Position numbers and translations under genes: made by a program | Origin: Styela clava | Lineage: Eukaryota | Direction: 5' to 3' | DNA length: 64,000 nt | Assembly: GCF_964204865.1 (NCBI RefSeq) | Contig: NC_135251.1 | Span: 14,818,001-14,882,000, forward strand | The notes under the pieces: model-generated | What the model was told of the DNA's origin: nothing | Databases searched by the model: none | Seen by the model: only the letters and a program-made list of their open reading frames with translations | In this document: piece after piece, positions 24,296 through 37,900 of the stretch | Position numbering within the stretch: the stretch's first letter is position 1 | Layout of the letters: every line of letters begins with the position of its first letter

Positions 24296-27200
24296 TTCTT
24301 TTCGAAGCCGGCTGCTGATCTGGACAAAGGTTCGGGTTGGCCTACAAAGGACCGTTAGGGTACTAGGAAACATTCTACAAATTTCAGAAATACCTTCATG
24401 AACCGGAGAATAAAAAGGAGCATCTGCATGAAGTCGGCAATGGAAGGATGCGATTCGAATAATGTGGAAGTTGAAGAAATGTTGGGAGCGGGTCACAATA
24501 TCACTAAATATACTTTGAATTTTATGTCTGCAGTTGTTGATCCTTGGTCTGCTTGAGAAAAGTGTATTGACCAGTCACTGTAAGTTCCTTTCTTACGTCA
24601 CTCTTGACATCTTGCTTATTAGCCAACGTTACGGAAACAAACATGAAAATCGATGCTCAGGGAAGCATCCATTCCAGGACAGATATTATTTGATTGTGAC
24701 ATCACCATACTATGAATGTTGTAGAGGCCTTGTCAACGACAATGCTTACCGACCATTGAGATGCATATAACCTCAGTGTTACCGACGGACGTTTTTCGAC
24801 GCGTTTACCAGAGCATTTACGAATGGGAGAAGAGTTAATCGCACATCATTTTTATCCATTGCGAATATGTCTTCAAATATTCTATATGCAATCTGAACAT
24901 ATGGATGATGCAGTGATACTGATAGCAACAGTTCCTTTTTTCGACAAGGAAGATATACATTGTTATGAAACAGGTGATGATTCCTGATATCTCTGATCTT
25001 CCGAGAATAATGACATCACAATAGTTGTTGATTCAAATGCCCATTCCAGTAGTAACCATGAATGACACGAGGTCTGGTGTATTTCGTCGTCGTCTTCGGC
25101 GCTTGGACATTGTATCCCCTGCTGGATTGACAAGTTTTCGACTAACGAGCATAGAAATAAACGGGGTAGTGTACTATAAAAATAAATTTAGGTAATCTTT
25201 GTCAGTTGGCCATTAGGATTACGTGAATATGAACTGATTTTGTTTTCAAAATCCGAGTCTTAACGGAATCAACAGGCGGAACGCCAGGAAGATTTCACAA
25301 GGTTGAGGTAACTCGGATTGAAATCATATCCGCCACTTTGGTAAGCACTAGTGTTTTCAATTTTGTAGGGAAGCTATGGAGTCCCAGAAAAGTTTCATTT
25401 GACTCGACCCATTCGAAAAAACAAACCTGATTAACGTTAAGTTGTTAAAATAATTTTGACTCCGATTCGAGGATAGCAAAGATTTTATCACGACTTTGTT
25501 ATGTCATTCTTTGCTCCGGGTGAAAATTTCAAATATGGAGCTAAAAACTCTATAACTTCGATTGCCACTCAGTGGGGTTTCAAAACACGATACCGACTAC
25601 AAAGCCTAGCTTTTAGTGACTAGTCTATTATCTCTTAAAATGGCTAATAATGTGTAATGCAGTTTGTCAAATGGCAACAGGTACTAAACTATCACTGCGA
25701 TTTAAATTAACAACGATTGAGCAAATCATATAACCTATCTAAAATAGTTTAAAGAACATGCTCCGGCGAACAGTGACTTATAACATTTTATTTATTATGG
25801 GTTATAACGTTACATGCTGATAATTTGACAGATATTACTTTATGTTGAAAGGGGCAGATAAAATTAGCCCTTTTAGTCGCGTTTTTAATTTTAGGCGTTT
25901 GATGTTTTTTTTTTGTCTCATTCGTTTACGTACCACAAGTATTAGGTCGTTTAGTCTAGCAATATATTCAAACGTCATCGTTACTCTATCAAATAGTTTA
26001 CTGTTAGCGATTTTAAGATTATATATTATGGACTTCAACAATAATTTTTCGATTAAATTGATGTGACTTGATTTGCTAATGAAAAACTATACATCTACGA
26101 CTGAAAACGGCGCCCTTCCAATGTGGGATGATAGGCGATATTTCGCCATGGATTGGACAGCGGGCTACTTTTGCTCGATACTGCGGGAAATACATTTTAT
26201 CACAAGAGAAATCGGTTACATGTCATTTTGTCTTATTTAGTGGTGGAAAAAAATATAGATTGGACATACTTCTGTCACGGATGCCTTTGAATAGCTATTA
26301 TTGACCATCTATCCATTGCTTTTTGTAATTGAGCACAATATCCCCACGTGTTCTCATCGATATGGATTGAATAATGAATTATTATAATTACCTCTTCTGT
26401 GTATGAAACGATAACAGTGAAGGCTCGGGTAAATCTCCTGATGATATAAAAACAATGGCGTTTATTTTTTCTATCCGAATTTTGTCTTCAGAAAAGTGAA
26501 TTCATTTTTTAAAGAGCATGTTTTTATAAATTTTGCTATATTTGTATAGTTCTAGTGAACTATCCTATCTTTTTATATTTTCGGTGAGAAAAAAAACTTT
26601 ATATTGGAGTGCCTTCAAAACGAAATAATGTATGGACATATGTATATTTTTATTTGGACTTCACTGTACGTAAAAATATAACACACAATTTGATGAAGCA
26701 AATGAAAAACAAACCCGAAAATAAGTAGGGGCTCTTACCGAAGTGCGTCGGATAACCACACTCACGCTAAACGATAGATGTGCATCGTAATGTAAAAGAT
26801 AATGGCAACGTGTGCACCGAGCAGACCAGACTACAGTATGTATATAGTATTAGATCCCCTAATAATAAAGCTGCAGTACACGTGTGAAAAAACACACACG
26901 GCGAGAGTAAATGCTTATTATTCTTTTAGACACATGCATTTTGTTTTGATGTTACTTTATAAAAACTCGACATGATAGCGTTTACAAGTTAATTTTGCAT
27001 AACAGTTTTTTCCCGCCTTGTGTGCACGAATGTTTTCTCCGCAATATCTAGTTAAATATTGGTCATTTGTTTGAGTATTTACTCTTCCTGATGGCTGAAC
27101 CTGATAGAATCTTTCAAGTGATGCGAAGCAATAGCTGGGCACCTTTCCCACTCCCATTCACATTTGGTTGATTAACAACCACCCTCTGCAAAATAGCATA

Positions 27201-28944
27201 CTATATCCATTTAAAAAACAATACTCTTTATTAAATTGACGTTTGAAACTAGAAATTCCTAAGTTGTAATATATCCAAGCTATAAATGTACATGTCGCAT
27301 TCCACAGGCTCATTTACTCACATATATACACACGTTTATTTTATCAAGGACGTTGTAACAGACGACAATTTAAAAAAAAACTAATATCATTGGCGGGAAA
27401 TTTGCAGCGGCCGCGTGCCTACTAATAGAATTTAGTAGTAGTATCATTTCAGCATACCCAAGATCTTAACACAAGACATCTCATCAGCGTACTGTTGTCA
27501 CATTGACAGTGAACTCATGGCTTGTTGTTGTTATATGTTTTATGGCGCTTATGATATCAGTGGTCTATCAGTACTAACGTACTGATATTTATAAATAAAT
27601 AAATATATATACAAATTATTCAATTAAAATAAATAATTAATCCTAAATATTACTGCCCATAACCAAGACAAATTCAATAACAGTTGCAATAATGATAATT
27701 TGTACAAGTCATAAAATATTTATCCTAACTGTCATGTGAAAGAATGCAATCACTTATCATATCAAAGATTCGGATGGTGGGGGGAAAGGACAGTCAGCCA
27801 TTGCTGACTCACCAGTCACGATCAACACAAGGATTCACAAGCGGACTTCATTGCTTGGATCTGCTTCCCATACAACGTGCTGTGCGGGGCCCATATGGGA
27901 CTCTCAGTGGCCCGCCCCTGCTGTTTGATACTGTCACTAAATTCCAAGCCCAAGCTGCTGACTCCCAAACGAACGCCTGTTATCATCTACTTGTAAACAG
28001 TAACAATCAAAATATTCTTTGACAATCTATTTCCTTTTCGACGACTTCGGTTGATCGTCCACTTGTTGACCGATATACTGTGATCACCGCAGTGAAGTCA
28101 CTTTAGTTTCCTTCGATAGAAGCGGACTGACGCAAAATATGTCCATGTGGTTAAACTCCAAGAACTACCGTTTTTTTTTAAATGTAGGGGTGTTTCGTTG
28201 AGAAGACCACAATTTCTCGTCTGTACTTTTAAGGAAGCACACCATTTTGATATTTTCTTCATCTGTTACTCTTGTGGAAGACTTAATAAAATTTGTCTGT
28301 CGAAAGCTAGCGCAACCGATTAATATTTAGGCGACAAACAATTAATTCAGAACATCACAACGAAAAACTGAAATTAGATGCAAATTTCACTCTTTCGAAT
28401 TTGTTTCACTGCTTTCTGGGTAAATTGTATTTTTCATTTATGGCCAGGTAATTTATATCGAGTGTGTATACTCATTCACGTATCTGCGACATGAAATACA
28501 CTTTTTGAGTATTTTAATTAAAGAGTTTCAACTTTTTACACAATGATTTGTCTGAGTATGTTCGCTTGCTGATTTTTTGAATTTTGTGGAGGTTTTCTTT
28601 TTAAAAATTCTTGAAAAATCAGCACTTACTAGATAATATAGTCCTACTCTTGTGTCGTAATAATGAAGATGTAGAGTTTTCCACAAAGTAGACGTGTATT
28701 AGAAAACTTCATAAGGCGATTATCAACATCCAGTACGTATTTGTCAACCATCATGTCAAAAAAATTCGAAAATTGGGGCTCTATTCCATCATAATCCGAG
28801 CGCGTATTTCTTGCGGAATAAACAAAACATAACACTGCTTTTCTTAATTACAGTTTTCTATTTAGTACATATGTTTACGATAAGCATTGTGGCTACGGCT
28901 TGTGAAGTAAAATTGGACTTTGAAGCCCATGCCTGAATTTGACA

Positions 28945-31900
28945 ATGAACGCACAGTGCCTTCCGGCGTCAAAACCAGCTCGCCGAACTAACTTAGTTAG
29001 TAATCCTTCAAGAATCACCACAGCAGTCATCTCATCCTCTGATATATCTGCAATTCAAAGCCGGAACTGTGAATCTTTGGGCACATCAACACCGTGCTCA
29101 GGGAATATACAACGAACTCATAAATCGATAACGTCCAATGTCACATTATCGTCCTTATCACAATGTCACATTTCCCCTGTGTTTAATAGGCCGAACCAAT
29201 CTATGCCTGTCACGTATTGTATGTCAACGTTAAGTTCGGTTTCAGAGACCAGTTCTTTACCTCAATCAATTGTGCAGTATCATCCAAGAGTATACATACC
29301 CGCGATGGATTATCAGCAAAACTTCTTCGTTTTGCCTCAAAACGGCGACTCTGGAGAACATGGCCGATCCTCAAAGAAATCATTAAAATCGTCTCATGGA
29401 AATAGTTCAGCGTGCTGTTTGAAAAATACCTCTGGGTGTTCGTGCAGTTTTCAAAATCGTTACGACGAAATATTAAAGTGAGTTTTACATTTATTTCTCA
29501 AAAATCATAATATAACGTACCGTAATTAACAGATTTTTTCTATCAGTTTCATTATACTAGATATATCATTCATGTCGCAACTTAAATTTCGTTCTAGAAT
29601 TATTCGGCTTTAGGACGATGAACAAAATCATTTGATTTTTTGCAGTGAGCACGATGCATTTGAATCTAAGAAGACATACTCTCGTCCTACAAAGAATACT
29701 TCCACAGCTGTGTCCTCTTGTTTGACTATGGGGCCAAAGAAATCAGACGCTTCGATGGAGGCAATTATAAATAAACAAAGAAAGCTTATTGTGCAGTTAG
29801 TAAAAATCATTGTCAAAGACAGACTTCAAAATAGTTCATCACGCGATGGTGATGTTACTGCCGCGCATGAACCTCAACAAAATAAGAAAGCGCGTAACAG
29901 AGGTCGAATGGCAAAAGAACTTGAACATACACAACTCCTGGAGCAAGTCAAGAGTTTGAAAGTTTTGCAAGACACTGGAAATCGGAAATTCACAACGCCA
30001 AACAACATGGACGATGTAACTGTACATGAATCACTAGAATGGAGACAAGCAACACAAAATCACGCACCTTTTTCAGATATCAGAAACACTGAAGCCGAGT
30101 TGCATTCTTCAGATTATCACATCAATGATAGCACTTCTGCAGATTCACGTGGGCTAGTCACAAAGGTAATATTATCGCCACTCAGCTTGGGTTGATTTGA
30201 ATTCTGTGTATTTTTCTCTTTGAATATATGTTTCGGTAAATATAAATTTTAATTGTACCGAATGTCATTTACATATATTGTATGAATATGTTTATATATA
30301 TTTGTTGTTTGGTAATGTAAACTTACTGAGATTCTCAATGTCGCTCTATCGCTGCTATTAAGGAATCTCTCACCTAAATTTTGCATTCAATTTTTACTTA
30401 GTCGAAAGGTATTGACAAAAAGACTTCCATCTCGGATATTGAATTGTCAGAATTACACAATCGTACAATGGAGTTATGTGCAGAAAATGGAGAAAGCGTC
30501 TTGAGCAGGTATTCCTATTGACAGTCAGTGAGTTCTTTTTTATGTGGTTTTAAAGTTTTCGCGTACAGAAAATCTGAACAATTTTTTGTTTTGCTCATTT
30601 TCAAACTGTTTTACAACGTATTAAAATTTGAATTGAATGTTTTAAAATTGGATTCCCAATGTTTAAACGACTTTATATCAATCGATTTCTGGAGTTTAAT
30701 CCGGACTTTCGTAACTTGTTGTCCATAGTACTATTTAAAATAAATGTGATTTGTATGCTTTATTTGCGGAAAGTTATCTTTCACTTTCTTTACTAATTTT
30801 TACTTTTACTAAGTTAATAACACGTCCATGGTGTAAGGTTTTATTATGTGCAATTATTACGACAAACATTACAATAATATGTGTCAGTCTGATATGTATA
30901 ACATTCATTAAAAACTTCTCCAGATTGAGGTCGGAGTTCAGCAAGCAGTTGTCTTACCTTAAGCAAGAAATTTGTGAAAATGAAACAACCAATTTTCCTA
31001 CGTCGGATACACACGTTGTGGTGAGTGAACTGAGTTCTGATTACATGTTATTTATATTATATTTATATTATGTATCAAAATTATATTTCAGGTGAGTGAC
31101 AAAGAAGATATTTCAATGAATAACCAAATTGTCAATTCTGTTCAAAACGTCACACAAGATGCAAACGATGCCATGCAACAAAATGAATGCCAAGGTATTC
31201 ATGTTCGTATTGCAAGATAAAATTCAGCAAACTCAAATTAGCGATGTTAGAAATAACTATTAATAACATAGAATATATATATAGGAAAAACTTGTATATT
31301 GCTTTGCAAAATTACCCAATTAAAGTTTAAACAAATACTTAGATTTATATACTAAAAATGGCTCCAAAAATTCATTTATTTGTTTAATACAACCCCTAAT
31401 TGTACTGGAGGCTTCGTATAATAAAATATTCCCATATATTATAGAATCTCTATCTCTGATTTCTTCTGATGTTGCAAAAGATGATAATATCGTTGTCGTC
31501 CACGACGTCGATTCTGATAATAAAACATTGTCACACCCCCAACCTTCGAAGGTGTTAGACAAACTACAAGATGATTTAGTTACTGTAAAGTTTGGATCTG
31601 AAAAAAACAAAGAATCTGAGAATGTTGGGAATGGAAAGCGACGAAGAAAGCCATCAGCTAATGTATTTACCTTTTTTACTATTAGCCTATATATATACTT
31701 GAAACGCTTTTACTGATTCAAGTAGAAAGTAGTCTATCTATTTTTAGTCCTCACGAAAGTTCGCTTGTGGAAAATAACTGAAATGGGAAGATCTTCATGT
31801 ACAGTATTTTTGTATAGGATTGAGCGAAAATAGTTTGGTTATATTTGAAGCTCCGTGGTTTCGTCTACAGTTAATGGAAGTTGTATCAATGATTCGAGTT

Positions 31901-34900
31901 TTCATCCATTTTTATTTTTACAAATGTAGACAGATGTTATTTATTCAGGGTAGCGCGGAAATTGTAGTCAAGAAATCGGAGAAAGAAGAGTATTATTTTC
32001 GGTTGGTATTTATTTTGAATTTCCCAATAAAATATATATAAGAATAATATATATGCAAGTGAATAACACGGCATCATAAACTGTTTCCTAGACAGAACTT
32101 TGCCACAATACATACCGGTAATTACCATTTCTCTTTTGACCCTTTAACGAAATTGAAGACTTAAATTAGTCCAGCTACTCCACCATCGTTAATAACACGT
32201 GTCGCAAATAATACGAAACATATCAAATGTTTTGGTTCCTATCCGGAAATATATTAAAGCTAATTATTACTATGTCTCTTGACTTTTGAAACTGGTATCA
32301 TCAAGTTATATATGGCATGATAATAAACCTATATTAAAAGCGCGAGATTTCGAAATAATGACTAATTCATTTGCTATTTGGACATTGTGATTTTTGATAT
32401 ATTCAACCCTATCGCTCAATCATCTGGCTTACTCGCATACTCTAATACATTATAGAATTAGTTCCCATCTTCAAAATTTTATCATTATTTTTTTATGCCT
32501 GAAGTCGATCGCCACGAAAACGTTGCAAAAAAGTCGTAGAAAAGTATGTTCGACGTTCTGCATCAAAGCAGGCTCGAAAGAAAATTATAAATCAGCTTAA
32601 AACGACTGATTCGGAATTTAGTCCGTCATCGAATTCTGAATGTTCCAGTGAAGATGAAGCATCCCACAAGAAGTCTCAGAAAAAATTATTGCCACCTAAA
32701 CTTTGCCAAACATTTGAAAACAGGGTTCAAGATTGTGAGGAATACTACGCCTTAAACGTGAGTTGATTGGTCGTTATTTTTATTTGTAAATCCATGTATG
32801 GAATTAGGAAACTACATAATCATGAATTTGATATTTCTAAATGAAGCATGTACTATTTTTATTCTGTTTCATTTCATGATTTTCCGAATACCAGTTTTTA
32901 ATTTGTAATAATTTTCAACTATGCTTCAATGATCCCTTCATGGTGTTCTTTTCAATATAGGATAATCAACGCGAAAGTATTTCGCAGGACATTGCAGACA
33001 CCCAAGAAGCTGGCAGAAGTGAGGACAACAAAATATTAAGTACGCCTGACATACAGAACGAATATATTGACCAGAATGAGCGTACAACGAGTGGTGCGTT
33101 TGTGGATCTTACAGCTTCTGATTCTAATGATGCATTCACTTGGGTCATTCCTCGTTCAATATCTTCTATGCCCCTCCCTCGTTTCGACCACGATGTATCT
33201 TGTGAAAAAGTTGATTCTTTAGCGACTGTCGGGTCTTCATGTGAGGTTACCAAAGCCTCGGATCTCAATAAACAATTTTGCTGTGAAAACGCTGCGGTAA
33301 TAGTATCGGATGGAGGTGAAGCACTAGATCTCACCTCGCCCCGACTAAATTCAGGAAAGCTAAACTATTGCGAATCCTGCCAAAATTTTTCAACAGTCGT
33401 AAACGATGTAGAATCTATGCCTCTGGATTTATCAATTCGGCGTTTTTCAACAAACTTGAAACATGATGCCAAGGAGCAAATTGTTGCTACTTCTCAACGT
33501 ATCTCCGCACCAGCTTCAAAAACCGACAATTTGAAAAATGTGAGTAACGCGGATCAAGTATTCAAAGAAATTCCGCGACCACACTTGTTACCAGAAAACA
33601 AACCCATATCATTCAACAACGCCAGACATGTCGGGTCATATCACAATCAAAATTTTTCATCTCCTTTGAAAGACTCAGGAAATATATTAAATAAAGAGAA
33701 AATTGTTGAACCGGCTTCGCTTTCTGAAAACTGTGCAGTGGAACAAAAAGCAGAAGAAATAGTTCGAAATGAGTTGGAATATCAACATTTGAATTTTAAC
33801 GATGATGAAGGAAGACAATCTGGTTGTGTACAATCTGACGACTTAACTATTGAACATCACAACTGGAAGTCAGCAGGGGATCACGTAAGGAAATTTGATT
33901 TTTGTTACTAAAGTAATTGGAAAATGTATTTCGTTCTGGTTTTCACTTGGAAGATAACGCTAGACCACCGTTTCTTAACCAGCGGGCCATGACCCACTGC
34001 TGGGCCACATAAACATTATAAGATGAGCCACAAACCTACTAAAAATTGCTAAAGATGTTGATAAATTAGTATCATTTGATTGTTGTAGCAATGAATGATG
34101 ATGCTGTTTTTAGGAACTGAGTGGTAAATTTTTATTTTAATTAAAAATTCGGGTATTCCCAAAGTATGTGAACCAAGATGGCGGACACCGGAACGTAGTA
34201 TGTGTACCAGGTTAAGATTAGGCCATAATTTTATTCCAATTTTTCTTATTTTTGTTCTATTTCGAGTTCGGGGACTACTAGCCAAGTGACTACCGTAGTA
34301 TTTGTACCTGAAATTATGGCCCAACCCTAACCTGGTACACATATGCTATGTTCCGGTGTCCGCCATCTTGGATCATATACTTCGGGAGTACCAAAATTTG
34401 GAGATGTCTATTTTGCTGAAGGATTCTCTTTGTTTTTCTTCTGAAAGTTAATGGTCCACAACAGTGTTCACTATTAGCGCACTTTTTTGCGAAAATTGCG
34501 AAGCACTTTCGCAACTTTTTTTAGGGACTGCGAAATAGCACTTTTTTCCGATTTTGAAGAGAAATAGCACTTTTTTTCGATTTTGAAAGGAATAAAAATT
34601 CAAAGTTGACAAATGTTTTTGTTTGCGTATTAAGTTGACAAATAAGTAACATACTAGTACTTTTGTAACTCAATTCTGCACATCTGTGGTGAAGACATGG
34701 AAGATAAAGCTTTTGCATTAATGGCAAAATTCTTGTTTATAATATGATTATTATACAAGCACACCGATTCCGCTTCGACCGCGAAAACGCTCGGCGGCGT
34801 CTTTGAAACCAGGTGTCCGAATGCAAGGCAGTGCTTTCTCTAAACGAGAGTGGTCATGTGACTGTCAATGACATCGATGAATTGTGACCAAAGTACACGA

Positions 34901-37900
34901 TTTTCTAGTACTGGTTTGACAGGTCTGTGTTCTCTTCTTAGTGAATTTACTGGAGCCATTCAGAAATTTCTGATACTCGACACGACATTGTTTAGTAATG
35001 GAATGTAAACTTGGGCCATTGTTTGTTAAATTAGAAGAAACTTTTAGCAACATCTCACAGATTTGCAAAATCGCCAAATTGACAAAATACATATGTCGTA
35101 TTAACATTTAACATCCATTTTATTGTAACCACGAATGTTAAAAGCAAATGGCGTTTCGCGGAATTTTGCGATATTCAGTATTAGCTAGTCTAGTCATTCA
35201 CGATAAATCAAACTCAGACCAGGGTCAAAAATCAATCTAAACTATTTCCTCATTAATATGCGAGTAGGGGTGGGCAAAATCGAATATTTTTTCGAATTGA
35301 ATATTTTTAACGAATGAGGAATATTTTTTATGCACAGCAGGATTCTAGAACGTCGGTCGAAAAATTAGCAAGGAAGCTTTTCTACTGGTTAATTTCGTTA
35401 TAATAGCTAATTGTTTTTGTCACCGCAATCGTTTTGGCGACTATATCCTGGGTTTGGCAATCCAGGCTTACACGTGCGCTCACATCGGCAACAGCTGTTA
35501 AGGGCATCAACGACAAATTTCAAAACCAAAATAAACATTTGCGTTGACTTGATATTACCTATCAACGTTTGTAAATTTACTGTCCCAATTTTAAGCGAAT
35601 GGTATTATTATTATCGATGCCGGAATGCAAATATTTAATACGATAATTAACTTTTATAATTTTTTTATGGTGTCTGTATTAATTTACAGATAAACCTCGC
35701 AAATCTGAGATTGTGCCAATCCTGAATGTTGATTTAAAATTGTGATAAAATAATTCGGGAATAAAGGCATTTCTGCGTGGCCATAAGACGAGATGACTTT
35801 AATAAACAGCACTTCTTTAAGGATATTTTACATATGCGACTAATGCTAAAAACATTGGGCTCGAGTGCTCTGGTGCCTAATCAGGCGCTAATTGCAACTA
35901 ATTCAACTCAAGTTTCAACGATTTTTTTCATCTTCACGATATGTTATCTTTTTTTATTGGGTACTGATAAATAAAAGATGTGTAATTGTTGATTGCAATT
36001 CCGGAAAACGAACGAATTTAACAGCGGTTAACCGCGCATTGGAAAGCAAAACACAATTTATTAACATTACTTTACAATGAGTTACGGGTAAGAATTAACC
36101 AGACGGCTATCGCTAACATGTAGAAACAATAAATTTGAAACGATTTTGTATAAAGCGTGTCAACATCGTTTTTGTAAATTTAGAAACATCGATAAGTAAG
36201 ACAAGTAAATAATGTATTTTATGGAACTTTCATGAGATATTGGTGAGAAATATTATTTTGACCATGTTGAAATGCCATTATTGCCGATTTATTCATGTGT
36301 TTAGTTACTATCAGTGTTTTAACCCAAAGCTGAGTTACGTAAATACTTAACACTGAGTACTCAAGAGATAACCAATTTGCGGAGTTTTTCAATTATTATT
36401 TAATACGAAAGTAACACAGACACTATCTAAAATTAAAAGCATAGAAATGTCAACTATCTGCTTCACAAATATCGCATCCCGGGGTCAGTAATAATATTAT
36501 TGTTCGCTTAAACTCGGGACGGTAATTTACGAACTGATACAAATCTTACACAGAAGATAAAAATCAGAACAAAATCAATTTTCGTTGTGAATGCGCTCAT
36601 TAATAGTTGTCTTTAAAATCTTCGCGATGTGAATTCACAATTCTATCCGAAATATAAAAACCAAACTACGATGTCCGCCGTTACGTGAGAATTAATATTT
36701 GCTAGTGAATAAAAACATGCTTTAATATAGTTTAACAACACGATCGCAGCGACAAAAAATTTACTGCAGCCTTCGATTATGACAAAATTATGAAATAATC
36801 ATTGAATGACAATAAAAATTTAACTTCATTAACAATAATTTTCAAGTAATAGTTTCACATTTTCATGATTTTGATCGTCGCTACATGCGAGCGTGTTTTT
36901 GTACATATAAACCATGATGACACTACTGACATCTGCGAGTTATAGATCTCTCCAAATTTAATTTTCGTGATTTTTAATGTTTCATTTCTAGATGCGGATG
37001 CCCGCTGACTACGGATAAATGGTCGATGTTTAAAAATAGGACTTCGGACCGTTGGGCAAAGAAAGGCGGGCTATACGTAACTGCGAAATTTCGCCGTGAA
37101 CGACCTTACATTTTAGTTATAAACGCATTACGTCGTCGCGAATTGCAGTTTTGGTGTAATGTTTTAACTTCCCCCTAATCTACCGTTGAAAAAATCCTGG
37201 CTGCGCCCCTGCCCGGTGATAATTCTAGCTAAAATGTTACAATTTTATTTACGGAATTTGCAAATTCACCATTTTGATAATCACGCCTTAATTATTGGTG
37301 CAAAAATACTCAAAATATCACGAATTTAATCATTTCCGATGTTCCTAGGCGGCAATTCATGACGGCGACAGTGTGCGTTGTTACATCAAAATTCACGATT
37401 GATTTTACGTTGTACTGTTGTTCACGATTTCAACACTCCACCCGCCATGCATGGCTGAGTGGAAGGTTCACATTTTCGAAACATTACTTGGCCAAGGATG
37501 GGAGGGATCACTAACGAGCTAATTGAAAGCACAATAAAAGGATTATGAATTGTCATTTTTTTCTGGTTATAGCCTGTACATGTTATACCATGTGTGGGCT
37601 CTCAGAACGTCAATTTAACTTTTAATTTTCGACAATCAATTGTATGTGCGGCTCCTACATGAAACGGCTAATTCATGCTGCCAATATACGGAGTTTGAAA
37701 TCTGGGATATTTATTTCGAATAGTCTATTTATTTTAACTCTTCTAAAATTAGGAAGCTTTGTTGGTGCCTTTTTTGGCGCAAAGTATGAAATTGAAACGA
37801 TACGAATATTTTGCCCAGTCCTATAGGCGAGGTTATGATATTAAAGCAGAGAATATTTGTAAGCATATCACTGGATGGAAATATTTTGCACCAAGACTGT

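Noticed and set aside
31748-31803. Extra exon of the orphan gene after TTTTTAG
   Set aside because: The phase-0 reading hits a stop; skipping it keeps the frame
33102-33911. CtIP/RBBP8 assignment from PLDLS
   Set aside because: No long N-terminal coiled coil and no C-terminal CxxC/RHR Sae2 domain in the model
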